NCBI RefSeq assembly: GCF_009834535.1
Contig: NC_045696.1
Location: 99,078,001 to 99,142,000 of the forward strand
Direction: 5' to 3'
Length of the DNA: 64,000 bases
From: Camelus ferus
Lineage: Eukaryota
Position 1 is the stretch's first letter; each line of letters starts with the position of its first letter. This document shows, piece after piece, positions 35,617 through 49,528 of this stretch. The notes under the pieces were generated by a model. That model did not search any database. It was given only the letters and a program-made list of their open reading frames with translations, and had not been told where the DNA came from. The position numbers were made by a program, and so were the translations under genes.

Positions 35617-36691
35617 TTAACCTCAGTAGTCCTCCCAACTCTCTGCGGAGAAAGGAAAGGAGGTGAGAGGTCAAGAGAGGTGGGCAGGGGAGGTGAATAA
35701 GGTTTGTTTCCTGGTATGTAAAGGTGTACAAGTGATCCATTTGGGGGCAAGAAGAAAATAATGGTATTTCAATGGTATATATTTTATATTGTCCTTTGCT
35801 CAATTTCTATATTGGAGTATATTTAATAACACACCCAATAAATTTCACCATGAATTTATAAATAAGTAAAATATCATTAAATGAGGGGAAAAAGTGTTTT
35901 ACCCATGGGGTTCATGATTTTAAAAACCTGAAGACTACTGATTTATGAAAATAGATGACTTTGTCCATAGTGGATAAAACTCTAAAAAGTTCTTAAGAGA
36001 ATTTTTAGAGTGAGAACTTTGATATAAAAAAACAAATATTTAATGAAGCAAATCAAAATCCCAGCAGAATCTTGCATATTCTAGCAGATCCCAAAGAAGA
36101 GAAGTTTTGTAGAAAATGTCAAATGTGCAAATGTCTGTTGTCTTCTTTGTCCTCCATTGTATCTCTTTGAAGGCTTTCCTTTCCTTGTGAAAGGGTCATT
36201 TCTTTCTGAAGACTTTCTGATAACCAGATTTTGCATAGTTAACTTTTCTTATTTCACATTTTCACTTTGGACAGTTCAATATCATAGCCATTTATTCCTC
36301 TTGGGGGAAAAAAATGAGACTGCTAGTTGTCACTGCCTTGACACAAATTTCAAAGTAAATTGAGAGGTCAGTTTGATTTCTTTAATTATCCTTAGTAAAA
36401 ATTGAGGTAAATGCTTATAACTTTTAACAATAGTATCTTTCTTCGGTCCTTACTTTTATAATTCAATCCTAATCTACGTTGCCTTTCTTATCTCCCACTG
36501 CACACACTCTCTGAACCCATCCAATTCTCTGTCTTCACAGAGTTAACTAATTCCCTTTAACTATTTAAAAGCTACAGCCCTTGCCCTCAAAATAATTAGA
36601 GTCTGGTGGGAGGAAATAAGTATTGTCCCAAATAACTGGCATGAAACGAAAATAATGATCAATGTCTCAAGGAACATGAAAAGAATGTGCT

Positions 36692-37152
36692 TGTGGCAGA
36701 GACTGAGAGCCACCTGTACAATATCCATGTTCCCCTTCCCATTAACACCAGAGCCCAGTCTTCTGACCCACAGTGTTCTTAGGCACCCTTGTAGCTAGGT
36801 ATGGCTTTGTCACTAACTTCATTTGCAGCTGATATGGCCATGGGGTGCTCTGCTTCATGTAATGAAAGCCAACGTTGAGTTGGATTCCTTGGCATGCTCT
36901 TTATAAGGGTGTATTTCTTTCCTTCCTGTTTCCTGCTGCCTGGAACTTGAACAAGATGGTTAGAGCTTCAGCAGCCACCTTGGATGATGAGAAAATCCCA
37001 ATGGAAGCTAGGAAGGTGCAGAAAAATAAAATGAGCCTGAGTCTTTGATGACTGTGGAGTCATAAAAAAACAAGCATCTCTATTGCCTAAGCTATTAAGA
37101 AGGGAACAAGGAGGTTCTGTTATATAAAGTTGACCCTGGTCCTAAGTGATAC
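36692..37152 (+). mobile_element. MLT1 (J-type) LTR inserted in an antisense L2 (~36560-37330)
   Basis: tgtggcagagactg...cccttgtagctaggtatggc...ttcctgctgcctggaac..aagatggttagagcttcagcagccaccttgg. Confidence 0.75.
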
Positions 37153-37759
37153 TCTCTTGGAAATTCAGAAGGGAAAAAGGAAGGAATACTTCTACTGGGT
37201 GTCTTTAGTAACATCTGAACTAGACCTTGATAAATGTACAGAATTTTTTCATGTGGTCAATGCCAGGGAAATCCATGAAAGAGAAGATCTCAAAGAAAAC
37301 GTTGCCCTCACAATATATCATATTTAGTGGAAAAGAGCACAGCAGCTCCCTCCTTAGATTCGGCGTACCCCTCGTCCTCAATTAAAAGGTCGTGACCCTC
37401 CACATCTCAATCTCCGCTAAAACAAACTTCAAAATCAGCTTCTTCATGATGGCCTTCCCACGCCACACTCAGTAACTCCTACAGAACCAAAGGTCCACTC
37501 ATTCACAGGCAATCCTGCATCATTTGTTATTCAAAGATTTTGGGGTTTTTTTATGTCTTATCTCACAATATAGGTAACAGGCTTTCTGATATCAGAGAGT
37601 GTTCTTTAAGTCCCTAATTATGTACATAGTCTTTGCACATCTTGCAAGCTTAATCACAAAAAAGGCATAATTTTCAACCCTCCTCAAAATGTCTTTACGG
37701 TGTGGTCTGACCTGGCTCACATGCTGAGAAGTTGGGTAGAAGGTAGATGAACATATAAA

Positions 37760-38400
37760 TAGCAATTTTATAGTGTCTGATAGCTTACAAAGGTTTCCTA
37801 GCCATTATTTCACTTTGTTTTACAATAACTTTGTGAATTAGGTCTCATCCATGCACTTTTTTATTCAACAAAATATACTTTGCTTTTGCTTTTTCTTTTG
37901 TGCCAGGCTTAAGGCCTACCAGAAAAATAGCATTAGGCATATAAATAATTATAATGCAGTGAAGAAGCACTGATGTAGAAGCCAGAGTGAGGTACCAGGA
38001 GGCTTAACTAACTGAGAATATAGCTTTCTGTTGGGATGAGCCTAAGAGTTCCAAAGAGGTAGTGATAGGGAAACCTAGTTGTAAAGGAAGAAAGGTACCT
38101 GGAAATCTGAAGAAAAAAAGGGGGGGGAGGCATTACAGACAGACAGAAAAGCATGTGTAAGGCACAGCATGGCCCATTTGAGGAACAGCAAATAATTTGG
38201 CATAGCTAAGGGCAGAGGAAGTAAGGAGGGAGTTAAAAGTGAGACTGGAGAGTTAGCCAGAGGCTAAAAATGAAAGACGCTTTATACTAGCTGCAGCATT
38301 TCTGTCTTATATTTTATGGCAAAGAAAAGTTGCTAAAGGATTTCAAGCAAGAGAGTTCTGTGGTCAGATTTACAATTTAGAAAGTTAATTCCGAATGCAG
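37760..38400 (-). mobile_element. MIR fragment followed by L2 3' region
   Basis: ttattcaacaaaatata...tgtgccaggc...ggatttcaagcaagagagt..gtggtcagatttacaatttagaaag. Confidence 0.7.
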
Positions 38401-39189
38401 TTTCACAAAATATCCAAGTAAGCAACAATAAAAAATTTATAAGATGTTATGACACATAGCAGAGCAAAGTGGGGTTGAGTTTCCAAGCACAAAGGCCCAG
38501 TAATTCTGCAGCTGATTTTGCATATTAAAAGTTGTGTTGAAGTGTTAGCAATACAAGTAAATGCAACCTTTTTCAGAATTTCAAAACAACTGTATTATTG
38601 CCCTCCAAAAAGAGAGAGGAAGAGAGAGACTATGATTCACCAAATGCCGGTGTTTGTTAACAAATCATCTATCTTTCCTGATTTTTTTATATTTTTAGGT
38701 TGACTTGTTTATTTGTCCTTATGCCCTGCCATCAAAACTGATAACCAGCTATTTAAAGTCTTCACTTACAAGCTGACAAAAGGTAAGTAATTATGTTTTT
38801 CTTTCTCAATTGCTCTTTTCTTATTTCTTCTTTAAGAAAATATAAGAATGGCACTTGTATCCATTTCAGATGCCATCAGTAATACTTCAGGCAGCAGCAA
38901 CATTAATCAAATGGAAAAAGAGTATCTCACTTTTTTTTTTAATACAGAAGTATTCAAAGGTATTTTATGACCTTTCACCCATAAAAATAGTTTAGTGCAC
39001 CATGAGAATTTATTCAAGACTGGATAAAATGAGTTAACTGTCTAAGTAAGCCAGGGAGGCAAGGTAGAGCTTAGGTATTTCCTTTGCCAACCACTGTTTC
39101 TACACTAACATGCTAATGTACTTTTTGGAAAAATGCCAAAGATGATACTACAGACCTTTTTTTCCTCTGCCCATATGTTCTTGAGGAAC

Positions 39190-39390
39190 CAGAGGATGAA
39201 TTTCAGCTCTATTTATTAGCCACTTGTGCCTTAGGCAAGTTGTGTGACCTCATGCTGCCTGTTCCTTTAATAGCAGAATGAGGAGTAAATAGGTTAAAGA
39301 TTAAATAATATATTCCATATTATTTTTAACAGTACCTGCCATAGAGTAAGTGCTCAACATCTAGGACTACTATTATTATTACTACTTCTA
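39190..39390 (+). mobile_element. MIR
   Basis: gtgccttaggcaagttgtgtgacctc...aacagtacctgccatagagtaagtgctcaaca. Confidence 0.8.
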
Positions 39391-40029
39391 TTATAAAAAA
39401 TTTTACTTGTTTTTCTTCTGCCTGCTGGGGAATGAAGCCTTCCCTGTTGGGGAGAAATTCTGCTTACCTTAAAACCCAATCATCATTTCATTTATCAAAA
39501 TTATTTTTTAAGGGTGCACTTAGTGGTTAAGAAATCTACTACCCTACAATGTTATCCTGGTTTTTGTGCAGATCTGTTACTTTAAGTGCCAAAACCAATT
39601 TAGAGTGATTTTAGATTGTTCCTATCCACTGGAGTACATATAAGCAAATATCTCAGAAAAAATGGTATCTAGACCCTAAGCTTTGGGGATTCTCAAAAAT
39701 GGTTTTTCAAGAGCAATGAGAGTTGAAGATAACCAAACACATGTGGCAAAGGAAAAAAAAAATATGAGTAAGAACAGAAGAAAAAAAGACTTTTCATATT
39801 GATGTCATCATAAGTAGATTACAACATGACCGCGCTTACTACACGTGAAGAAATATACAAGCCCCCAGATATCTGCAGAGTACAGGAAGCTAGAAAAAGT
39901 GACAAAGCAAGTTTGAAAAACAATCAAATATAGTTTGAAGAAATAAAAGTTACAATAAAATACAATAAGTAAAAACATAACATACAAAATAATTATAAAA
40001 ATTTGATACTATAAAAATGTAAAAAGTAA

Positions 40030-40545
40030 AATCTAGATGTCCATCAATGGATGACTAGATAAAGAAGATGTGGTATATTTATACAATGGAATACTATTCA
40101 GCCATAAAAACCGACAACATAATGCCATTTGCAGCAACACGGATGCTCCTGCAGAATGTCATTCAGAGTGAAGCAAGCCAGAGACAGAAAGAAAAATAAC
40201 ACATGAGATCACTCATATGTGGAATCTAAAAAACAAAAACAAAAAAACAAAGCATAAATACAAAACAGAAATAGAGTCATAGACATGGAATACAAACTTG
40301 TGGTTGCCAAGGGGGTGGAGGGTGGGAAGGGATAGATGGGATTTCAAAATTGTAGAATAGATAAACAAGATTTTACTGTATAGCACAGGGAAATATATAC
40401 AAGATCTTATAGCTCACACAGAAAAAAATGTGACAATGAATATATATATATGTTCATGTATAACTGAAAAATTGTGCTCTACACTGGAATTCGACACAAC
40501 ATTGTAAAATGATTATAAATCAATAAAAAAGTTTAAAAAAAAAGA
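40030..40545 (+). mobile_element. younger 5'-truncated L1 3' end
   Basis: atgtccatcaatggatgactagataaagaagatgtggtatattt...gacacaacattgtaaaatgattataaatcaataaaaaa. Confidence 0.92.
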
Positions 40546-41064
40546 AGTTTAAAAATATGCTCAGTGGTCATGGTTGGCAGCAAACCAGGCACAGCAGTAA
40601 AATAGTAAAAAAGTAGAAAACTGGGAGGTTGGTCAAGAGAAAATGTCCAGAGAGCAACAAACAGAGATAAAAACATGGAAAATTAGAAGGGAACATAAAA
40701 GACAAGAGGTATTTAGTGAAAACTTCCAGAAGGAAATAATAATGCTTCTAAACCTGTATGCATCTAATTATATAGCCTCAAAAAAAGGCAAATATTGATA
40801 GCACTAAAACGAGGGACAAATGCACAGTTATAGTGGGAGATTGTGATATACCTCTCTCTTAGTCGATAATAAAATGAACAGAAAAAATAAGTCAGGCTAC
40901 AGAAATTTTAAAATATAAGAACAAAACTGACCCATGGACATTATACCTTGCAACTGTAGAATATATATTTTTTCCAAGTACACGTGGAAGATTTAGAAAA
41001 TTGACTGTATATTGTACCATAAAGTACATGTCAACAAATATTAAAGGACTAGAGTCACAGAGAA

Positions 41065-41225
41065 AATTGGAAAGGGGCACAAGGTAATTTATGGGGTTTT
41101 GGCATTGTTTTATGGCTCACTTTGGATGGTAGTAACATGAACAGTCACATTATAATAATTTATAAAGCTATATAGCTGTTTTATGCACTTTTTATGTGAT
41201 TCATATTTCACAATATTTTTTAAAT
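41065..41225 (+). mobile_element. L1ME-type 3' terminus nested in the old L1
   Basis: ggaaaggggcacaaggtaatttatgggg...ttttatgcactttt..tgtga..catatttcacaat. Confidence 0.65.
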
Positions 41226-42013
41226 AGATCTGAACATTACAAAGTATGTTCCCTGACCATAATGCATTTATGTCAGAAATCATTCAGAAACTGGTAACTA
41301 GAAAATGTCCCATATTTTCAGAAATGAAACAATATATTCTAAGTATCTTGTGGGTCAAAGAAATAGCACAAAAGAAATTAGAAAATATTTTGAACTGTGT
41401 AAATAACAAATGCTAGATAGCAAAGCTTACAGAATGAACCGAAAGCAACGTGTAAAATATTATTATTAGCAGGAAATGCATATAAAATGTTGAAAATCAG
41501 TAAACTAAGTATATTAGACATCTATCCAAAGTAGTTAGAAAAATTATCAAAAAATAAAATCAAAGAAATGTGGAGGAAGGAAATGAAAATTAAAGCAAAA
41601 ATGAATAAAATGTTTTCAAAATAGAAAATAGAAAAGACAAACAAAGCTAAAGTTGTATGTTTGAAAAGACAGATCCTAGGTAAGATTAACTGAGAAGGGA
41701 GAGAGACATGGAGGAGGTAAAAGAGAGAGGGAGAAAAGGAGAGAGAGAGAATATTATGAATGAATAGGAGAAATCACTGCAGATGCAACAGACATGAAAC
41801 AGATAAAAAGGAGATGTTGTCAACAAATTTATAAGTTCATAGAAAACTGTACTTTTAACCAAATTTGACTCAAGAAGAAATGAAAAACGCAAATAATCCT
41901 TTAAAGAAATTGAAAATCAAGTGTAAAAATATATTTCCCACAAGGGAAACTACAGGCCCAAGTAATTTTATGAATAAATTTACCAAGCAGTCACTGAAGA
42001 AACAATTCCAGAT

Positions 42014-42414
42014 TGCCGTGGATGGAGTTGTGTCCCCTCAAATTTTATACGTTGATGCCCTAACCCCCCAACGTGATAGTATCGAGAGATGGGACCTTTG
42101 AGAAGTAATTAGGTGTAGATGAGGTCATGAGGGCGGGGCCTTAATGATGTGTCTGTATATATTCTGGATTATGATGAGCTTTTTCATTCACCAGAGAACT
42201 CATGCTTCTCTCTCTCTCAATCTCTCACTCAATCTGATGTGAGGACACAGTAGAATGTGGCCATTTGCCAGCCAGAAGAGAGTCCTTATCCTACTCCAGC
42301 CACACTGCCCCCGATCTCAGATGTCCAGCCTCAAGAACTGTGAGAAAATAAATTTCTGTTGTTTAAGCCAACCAGTCTATTGTTTTGTCATGGCAGCTCA
42401 AGCAGACTAAGACA
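42014..42414 (+). mobile_element. MLT1A-type MaLR solo LTR
   Basis: TG...CA termini: tgccgtggatggagttgtgtcccctcaaa ... aataaatttctgttgtttaagcca...agactaagaca; degenerate TSD cagat/caggc. Confidence 0.9.
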
Positions 42415-44599
42415 CAGGCTTACACAAATTCTTTCAGAGAACAGAGAAACACATTATATCTCAACTCAACTTATATTCAACTTGATAGCAAACCTGAAGG
42501 ACAGCATGATAAAGGAAAATTACAAGCCAATTTCAAATCTTACTTTGAATATAAAAAAGTGTATAGGTTATTAAGCCAAATTCATTAATAGACGAAGAGG
42601 ATAGAACATTATGACCAACTTGATTTTATTTCGTAATGAAATGTTGCCTTAATGTTTAAAAAAAATCAATTAATGGAATTCATCACTACATCAACAAATG
42701 AAAGGAGATAAACATATTGTTAGCTCAATAGATGTAGAGAAAGCACTGATAAAATTTTAAACTCCATTGATGATAAGAATTTGTGCCACACTAGGAACAG
42801 AAGTGAAAGCTCTTAACCTGATAAGGGATACTTATAAAAAAAATCTATTGTGAACATTTTATTAAATGGTGAAGCTTTGAAATCTTTCCCTTTGAGTTGA
42901 AGAAAAAGGTTAAAATGTCTACTGTCAGAGTATCTATTCAGTATTTTAAAGGAGACCCTATTCCACAGTATAAAAAAGGAAAGAAAATAGTGAGGTCAGT
43001 CTTGTAAGGGAAAAAACCAAATTGTCATTGTTAACAAACGATAAAATTAAGTGTATAGAAAACCGAAAATATTCTAGGTTAATTAACAGAATTAATTTAA
43101 AAATTTAGGTTGTCAGGTTGAAATCAATATGTAGATATCAATTTAATTTTTATATACCAGCAACAAGTGGATATAGAATAAGATATATACAATTCCATTT
43201 AAAACAGAATTTAAAATATCAGCTATCTAGGAATAAATCAAATACAAGTTGTGTGAAACCTCTATAGAGAAAATTACAATAAAATTATCAAACTTTTTGA
43301 GAAACAATAAAGAAAGCCTCAATAAATAGAGTGATATACCATAAAATGTTCCTTCTAATAATGATGATGATGATCTAACATGTATATGAGACATTTTATG
43401 AGTTGCTCTGTTACCAGCATTTGCTCAGCCTAAAAACCCTACGGAATAAGTAGTTTATAGAATGTCCAGGGATTGGAAGACTAGGTATTGTAAAGGTGAC
43501 AGTTCTTTCCTAGTTTATTTATAGCTTAAATGAAGTTCCAACTGAAATTCCAATAAACATTGTTTAGTTTTATTTTTGGTGGACCAGGAGAAATTCATTC
43601 TAAAATTTATATGAAAATGCAAAGGGCAAGAAATAACCATTACACACTTGAAGAACACGTTGTGGGAATTTGCTCTACTAGGTATCAGTATTTATAATAA
43701 ACTAGAGTATTTAGAATTGTGTTGTATTTATACTGGGATTGGCAAATAGAAAAGTGGAATAGGACAAAAAGCTCAGAATAGAATCATGAATATATAAATA
43801 TTTGATACGTGCCAGAGGTTACCACATTTTTACTCCTCTACTTACCAACAGAGGTCCTGTGAATAAACAGTGGCAGGAAAATTGGATATCCACATTAGAA
43901 AAAAAGTGAAATTGAACCCATGAATCATGCCATACACAAAAATAAATTCCAAATTTGTTAAAGATCTAAAGTTGAAAACAAAATTAAAAGATGTTTGAAA
44001 GATAATGTCAGACAATCTCTTCTGACCTCAAGGTAGGAAACAATCTCTTAAACAAAACACACAAAGCATTAGTGATAAAGAACAAGATTAATATATTTGA
44101 ATTCATTAAAATGAATAATTTCTGCTCACCCAAAAATACCATTATGACAGTGAAAAAAAAAACTTCAGATTAAGAGGAGATGTTAAGAGGAAAAGGCCTA
44201 AATCCCACATAGAAATAAGAAAGAGATTAATGACACATTTTTTTTAAATGAGCAAGAGAAACCAGGAACTCCTCAGAAGAAAAAATCCAAATGAACAATA
44301 AAAATATGCAAAGGGATTCAATCAAATTAGAAACACCAATTAAAATCTCAATGAAATTGAAATCTCTACTACACCATATTAGCAAAATTTTTAATGTCTA
44401 TAATACTAAAAAATCGGCAAGAAAAATAATAACAATGAAAATATATTTTTAAGGGGGAAGTTATTGGCTCATTGAAAATAACTCAAGAGATCATTGGAGG
44501 GAAGAAAATGCCCTGTAAGGGCTTGTTTCTTGAAGACTTAACTCTTTCATTTCAAGAGATAAGTTAAATATGAGTGATAGAGAATAGGAAATTCCCTAT

Positions 44600-44790
44600 A
44601 GTCTTATCATAAGCAAGTATATGTTTTGCATATAATACACCACATCTCAGTAACTGTAAGGCAGTTCTTATCTTATACACAAGGACATTTAAGTTCAGAG
44701 AGATTAGTTATACTACCTAGCCCAAGATAACATTGCTAGTAAATCGTGAACACAAGTTGAATGTAAGTCTGCCTGACATCAAAGTTCACA
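44600..44790 (-). mobile_element. MIR
   Basis: aagttcagagagattagtta...cccaagataacattgctagtaaat...gtctgcctgacatcaaag. Confidence 0.7.
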
Positions 44791-45299
44791 CACATGCATA
44801 CAAGTCAGGAAATGAAACTGTGTAGCTAGCACCTCATTAATTTTTATTCTATTAAGGTTAGAGGACAGTTGGCCAAAAAACTTTACATATGATTATAGAT
44901 AATAATTATTGTTGTATATATATTGTTTACATATTATTGTTATATATACACAAATTATTATATAAAAGTATATATATTACCAACAATGTATACATAACAA
45001 TAATTTTACAGTGAAAAATGCCCAAGGAGAAATTACAGGATGGAATACTTACATTTAAAAGGAATAAAGGACTTTGTTTCTATTAATGGTAATTTGGAAT
45101 CACTTTCCCACTAAAAAATAACTAAAACACTAGATCTCATATTTTAGAAATCTTTCAAATCTTTTAAAAGTATGAAGAGCTAACAATATAGTAAGAATTA
45201 CTAGCCCAAGATTCAAAGAGATAATTCTGGCCCTCGAACTGTCTTCATTCGTAAAGTGTTTGCCAATCCTGAAAGGTAGGAAAGCTGCTCTTTTGGTGA

Positions 45300-45700
45300 C
45301 ATTTAGAACTACAGACAATAGTTACAGTTCAGGGTTCATAAAGGGGAGGCATTTTGACACTTAGACTTGGATTCAAAGACCTGTACACTAGGAATTGCAT
45401 CTGAAGTAAGCCAGTTCTACAATGGATTGCTGCCTAGCTTCAAGTCATTTCTGCACTGCAGAATGTATCAAACTCTGAATTTAGATTAAGGTGCTCATGG
45501 ATTGTTAGTGCTCCCATATGCCAAGAAAAGGCAAAGAAAATCCTCTTTGGAGGAAGATATAAACAAGAAATATTTTCTACAAATAGGCATTCTAATGCAA
45601 TGACCAATACAAAATCAAAGATAACCAGACACATGTGAAGACATAAAACTATTGGATAGGCATAACTACTACCCTTGTCGTCTCTAAAACTAAACAGGAA
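45300..45700 (+). mobile_element. old L1M 5'/ORF1-proximal fragment
   Basis: gccaagaaaaggcaaagaaaatcctctttggaggaag...caaaatcaaagataaccagacacatg. Confidence 0.55.
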
Positions 45701-45752
45701 ATTCAACGGAAAAAAAAAAAAAAAAGAGCACAAAAGTAGATCATAAGTTTTA

Positions 45753-45990
45753 CTGGTAGCTTGATATTTTCCAAAAAGTTCAATTACTTTTGTCAAGAAA
45801 ACCACAAAGACTAGCACTCAAGGCCTCCAGACAGAATACCTACTGGCTTCAAATAGTAAGTATAAATGGCTCTGCTGGTAGCCTGATTTCTCCCCCAAAA
45901 TTCAATTACTATTGTCAAGAAAACCACAAAGAATATCATCCAAGGCCTCTGGACAGAAAACCTCATGGCTTCACATAGTACAATGGTCTA
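45753..45990. repeat. diverged tandem duplication, unit ~122 bp, ~2 copies
   Basis: ctggtagc..ttcaattact.ttgtcaagaaaaccacaaaga..caaggcctc..gacagaa.acct..tggcttca.atagta occurs from 45753 and again from 45875. Confidence 0.92.
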
Positions 45991-47589
45991 AGTTTTTCAG
46001 TTATAGATCAACTTTAAAGAGTTTTGGAACATGTCATTATCATCACATTTCTATCACAAAAACTTCAGTCTTTGTTTCCAAGTAAAATCAAGCTTCAGTT
46101 GAGAATGAACAGGTTTCCAAATGAAGCAAGAACATTTCCTTTACATTTCAAAGAAACTACAATGAAATCAAAAGTTTACATGAATATTCCATACATGAAT
46201 GAATTCAATGTCTACTTAATAAAAGTTGTACAGATTCCTAGTTCCCCTTCACTTTATCAGATAATAAGATAAATATACTTAGCATGGAATTTATATGCGG
46301 TGATGATTTGGTGATTAATATTATTTCCTACTTTTGCTAAATTATACCGAAATATATTTTACTTTATGTTATGAAGAAGTTATCTATGACCTATGGAAAT
46401 AGCACATAAAGTAAAACCCTTCATAAGTTTCCATGGCAAGCTATTTTATCAGATAGGAAAAAAAAAAAAAAAAAAAGGAAGGAAGGGAAGAAGAAGGACA
46501 GAAAAAGAGAGAAAAGAGCCTGGATAGATTGTTCTCTGAAAGTGACTAGGAAGTGAAAAGAAACCCATTCTTTAGTCAGACAAGAGACTGACCCAAACAA
46601 TTTTAACTTCTGTTAATTCATTTCATCCAAGTTATATGTCAATTAATCAACTGAGTTATTACAAATCAATTATTTTTGCTAGTTCATGCCAATAAGAAGA
46701 ATTACTGATTTAGAAAGTCCTTACATCCTTACATTTCTTTATATCATTCCACCCATATGACAATAAACTTGTTTTAAATCTAGGAGCATTTGATCAGAAA
46801 CAACTTCTATTTGTAACTTTAGTTAGCCCATAAGTGCCCTTCAAAAACTAAATTCTTCAACAACTTGAAATATGTACCCTTTTGTTTATCAAAAATAAAT
46901 TCCCAAAATAATGAGTAAACAAATTTGAAAATACAGTCCTTTGCTTTGCATACAAGTAGATCTTTACTGGTGATGTTGTCGTAATGAAAACATTAACGTA
47001 TAAATGTTACTTTAGGAAATGAGACAAAGCAATAAGTTAATTTTCACAGACTTAAAGCAACCCCTCCCACCCTGCAAAAAATCTGGTGTTGTCTACAATA
47101 CTACTTGTTTAAATCATTACCTGAAAACACATCATACAGGTAGCAGCCTTTGCAATTTGCTATTTGTATCATTTGGGGGCTGGAATTAATTTTTTAATCC
47201 CATAGAAATTTTATAAATAAAATAGCCTACCTAATCAACATTCCCATGGAGACACTGAGGACTAGGGGTGGGGAACTGGAGGCAGGGACAGATATAATGA
47301 GAGCAAATGAAAATGTGTCTTAACTTTGGTGAAATTTACCTTTACTACCATAGAAAATAAAGTGTATGTAGCTCCAACATTTAAGAAGGATTTGTTTTAC
47401 AAAATGAAAACAGGTGTAGGTTTTCTGGATTTTAAAATATATGCCATTATACAGTTCAAACAGAAAAGTATGACAAAGGATGTTAAACATTACCTGCAAT
47501 TCCATTACCAAGGAAGATTCACTCAGCATCTGGGGGGACACGATATTCAACATCCCTCAATACATGCAAGTGTAATTATAATGGACTTA

Positions 47590-48100
47590 ATCTAAATGCT
47601 GCATTTTAGTCTACACAGTTCACTCAAAAACATTTTATAGAGAGCTTTTCTTGCCAATAAATATAAATACAGAGTATCCTTTTGGGTAATCAGTTTTCTG
47701 TTATGTGAAGACACCACAATTTATTTGACCACTGAACGAATATTTGCTATTTGCCACCAATTACCATGTTGCTATTCCAATATTTAAATCATCTTTTATA
47801 CTTATCCAGTCATTTCTTGAGAATAAATTTCAACAAGCAAATTTGCTGGATCAAAGTATGTACAAAATTTAAATTCTGATATAGACTGTCAAAAATTTTG
47901 CACCAATTTATATATTCTGCAGCTCTGGAGAGTGCACATTTTCTTTATCGTTGCTAATACCAGGTCTTTAAAATATCTATCTTAATGTTTTTTCCTCTAA
48001 ATTAATGGTCATCATTTTTTACTATTTTGATTTTTTTCCTTTTATAGAAAAGTTGATCATCTTTTCATCTGTATACTGCCCATCTGCATTTATTCTCTTG
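47590..48100 (-). mobile_element. old L1M ORF2-end/3'UTR fragment
   Basis: ttgctggatcaaagtatg...ttgcaccaatttatattct...gttgatcatcttttcatctgtatactgcccatctgcattt. Confidence 0.75.
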
Positions 48101-49291
48101 AAGTCTTAAAGTGAATTTTTGATACACATTTTATCTAGGGAATTCTGAAATTTAATTTTTAAAAAATTCTACAGAATTGGCACACAAATCTGCCTTTAAT
48201 AAAATAACACAACTGTATACCAGTGAAACATATGGCTAGACCAGAGTTGCATCTGGTTGCCCTATAAACTTTGTTTTGAATCAGTTACTTACAAATTAGC
48301 TTATTTCAGTCACACTTCTTCACCACTAACTTGACAGGCAATTTTTAAAGAGAAGAAATGTGTGATTCTAGTTTCAACTTTTTTTTTTTTTTAAGTATTT
48401 CACAATTGAAGGCATCTCCATCAGTATTTCTATAGAGGTTTTTAACTACATTTTCTTTCACAAGTGCCATAGAGCTATCTCTTGTGTGTGCTTCTTGCTT
48501 CATGAGTAATAGCAATGGCCAAGTTGACACTTACAGAGTCCCTAAAGCCAGACTGACATCTTTCATCTATCTCAAGCTGGAGTCAGAGACATCGAGAAGA
48601 GACACAGTACTTCCCTGCCATCTGGGCCACCGTCAGCACTGCTCCCCTGCACCTCGCGATGTGCACCACTGGGGACTTCTAAGGAAACTATCTCTTCCAT
48701 AGTGCAGATCTTCTCTTGTTTCCAGACGTGAAATCACACCAGACTAGTCATACTCTGAACAAGGTCCTGATAGTTCCTGGATGTCTTCTACTTCACCAAT
48801 ACCTAGAATTGTTCACCTTTTAAAGGGTAGCAACTATTCATAGTTAGGGTTGTTTAACTACTAACTTCATCCGTTTTCAGTTTCAACATGGTTCTGCCTC
48901 ATCTGAGGAAGTAAACAAAAGGCAGCTTCCTGTTAGGGCAGACCCTGCACAGCTTCTGTTATTGGCCTCCCTTTCCCTACATCAGACAGAAAGAAAAACA
49001 AGACTCTCAGCTGCTACTCCAGGTTTCCAAAGATATGGCTTCTGGAAAGCCCTGAGAAAATCAGAATTCAGAGAGGAAAATCCCATTCGCCGGCCATTGT
49101 TGTCTGTGTCAGTACCTTAAGGCTCTAACCTTGGGCTCAATTGCCTCCTGGGGCTTCTTTGTTACAGGGGGAAAAAACCATGTAGAATAGTCTTCTCCCT
49201 TTCCACAATCCCATTTTAACGAGAACATGCCTGTTTTAGCAGACATCTCTTTCTGAAAGAAAGTAAATGCTATTTTAAAGTTTGTCTCCTG

Positions 49292-49528
49292 AAGGGGGGA
49301 AGGGAAGGATAAATTGGGAGACTAACTACTATTTATAAAATAGATAAGCAAGGTCCTACTGTATAGCACAGGGAACTATACTCAATTGCTTGTAAAAGCC
49401 TGTAATGAAAAAGAATATGAAAAGGAATATATGTATAACTGAAACAGTATGCTGTACACTAGAAATTAACATAACATTGTAAACCGACTATACTTCAATA
49501 AAAAAAAAATAAAAATAATTTTTAATAA
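49292..49528 (+). mobile_element. younger 5'-truncated L1 3' end with TSD
   Basis: gggaaggataaattgggag...ctatacttcaataaaaaa; TSD taaagtttgtctcctg (49276-49291) / taaagtttgcctcctg (49529-49544); ttttaaa L1-endonuclease-type site. Confidence 0.95.

Larger units (their letters stand above)
39640..44420 (+). mobile_element. large old L1M fossil (ORF1 remnants and ORF2), multiply interrupted
   Basis: tgtatgcatctaattatatagcctcaaa (EN region), caggcccaagtaatttta, tcaatagatgtagagaaagca, ggattggaagactaggtattgtaaag, ccatacacaaaaataaattcc; no open frame. Confidence 0.85.

Noticed and set aside
39640..44420. Functional L1 or reverse transcriptase gene
   Set aside because: Heavily mutated, interrupted by other elements, no long ORF
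45753..45990. CRISPR-like or other prokaryotic repeat array
   Set aside because: Only two diverged copies with no unique spacers, in clearly mammalian DNA; no CRISPR, operon or defence system is seen anywhere in the window
47326..47595. 89 aa ORF as a small protein
   Set aside because: Non-ATG start, no recognisable homology, adjacent to and probably part of a degenerate antisense L1
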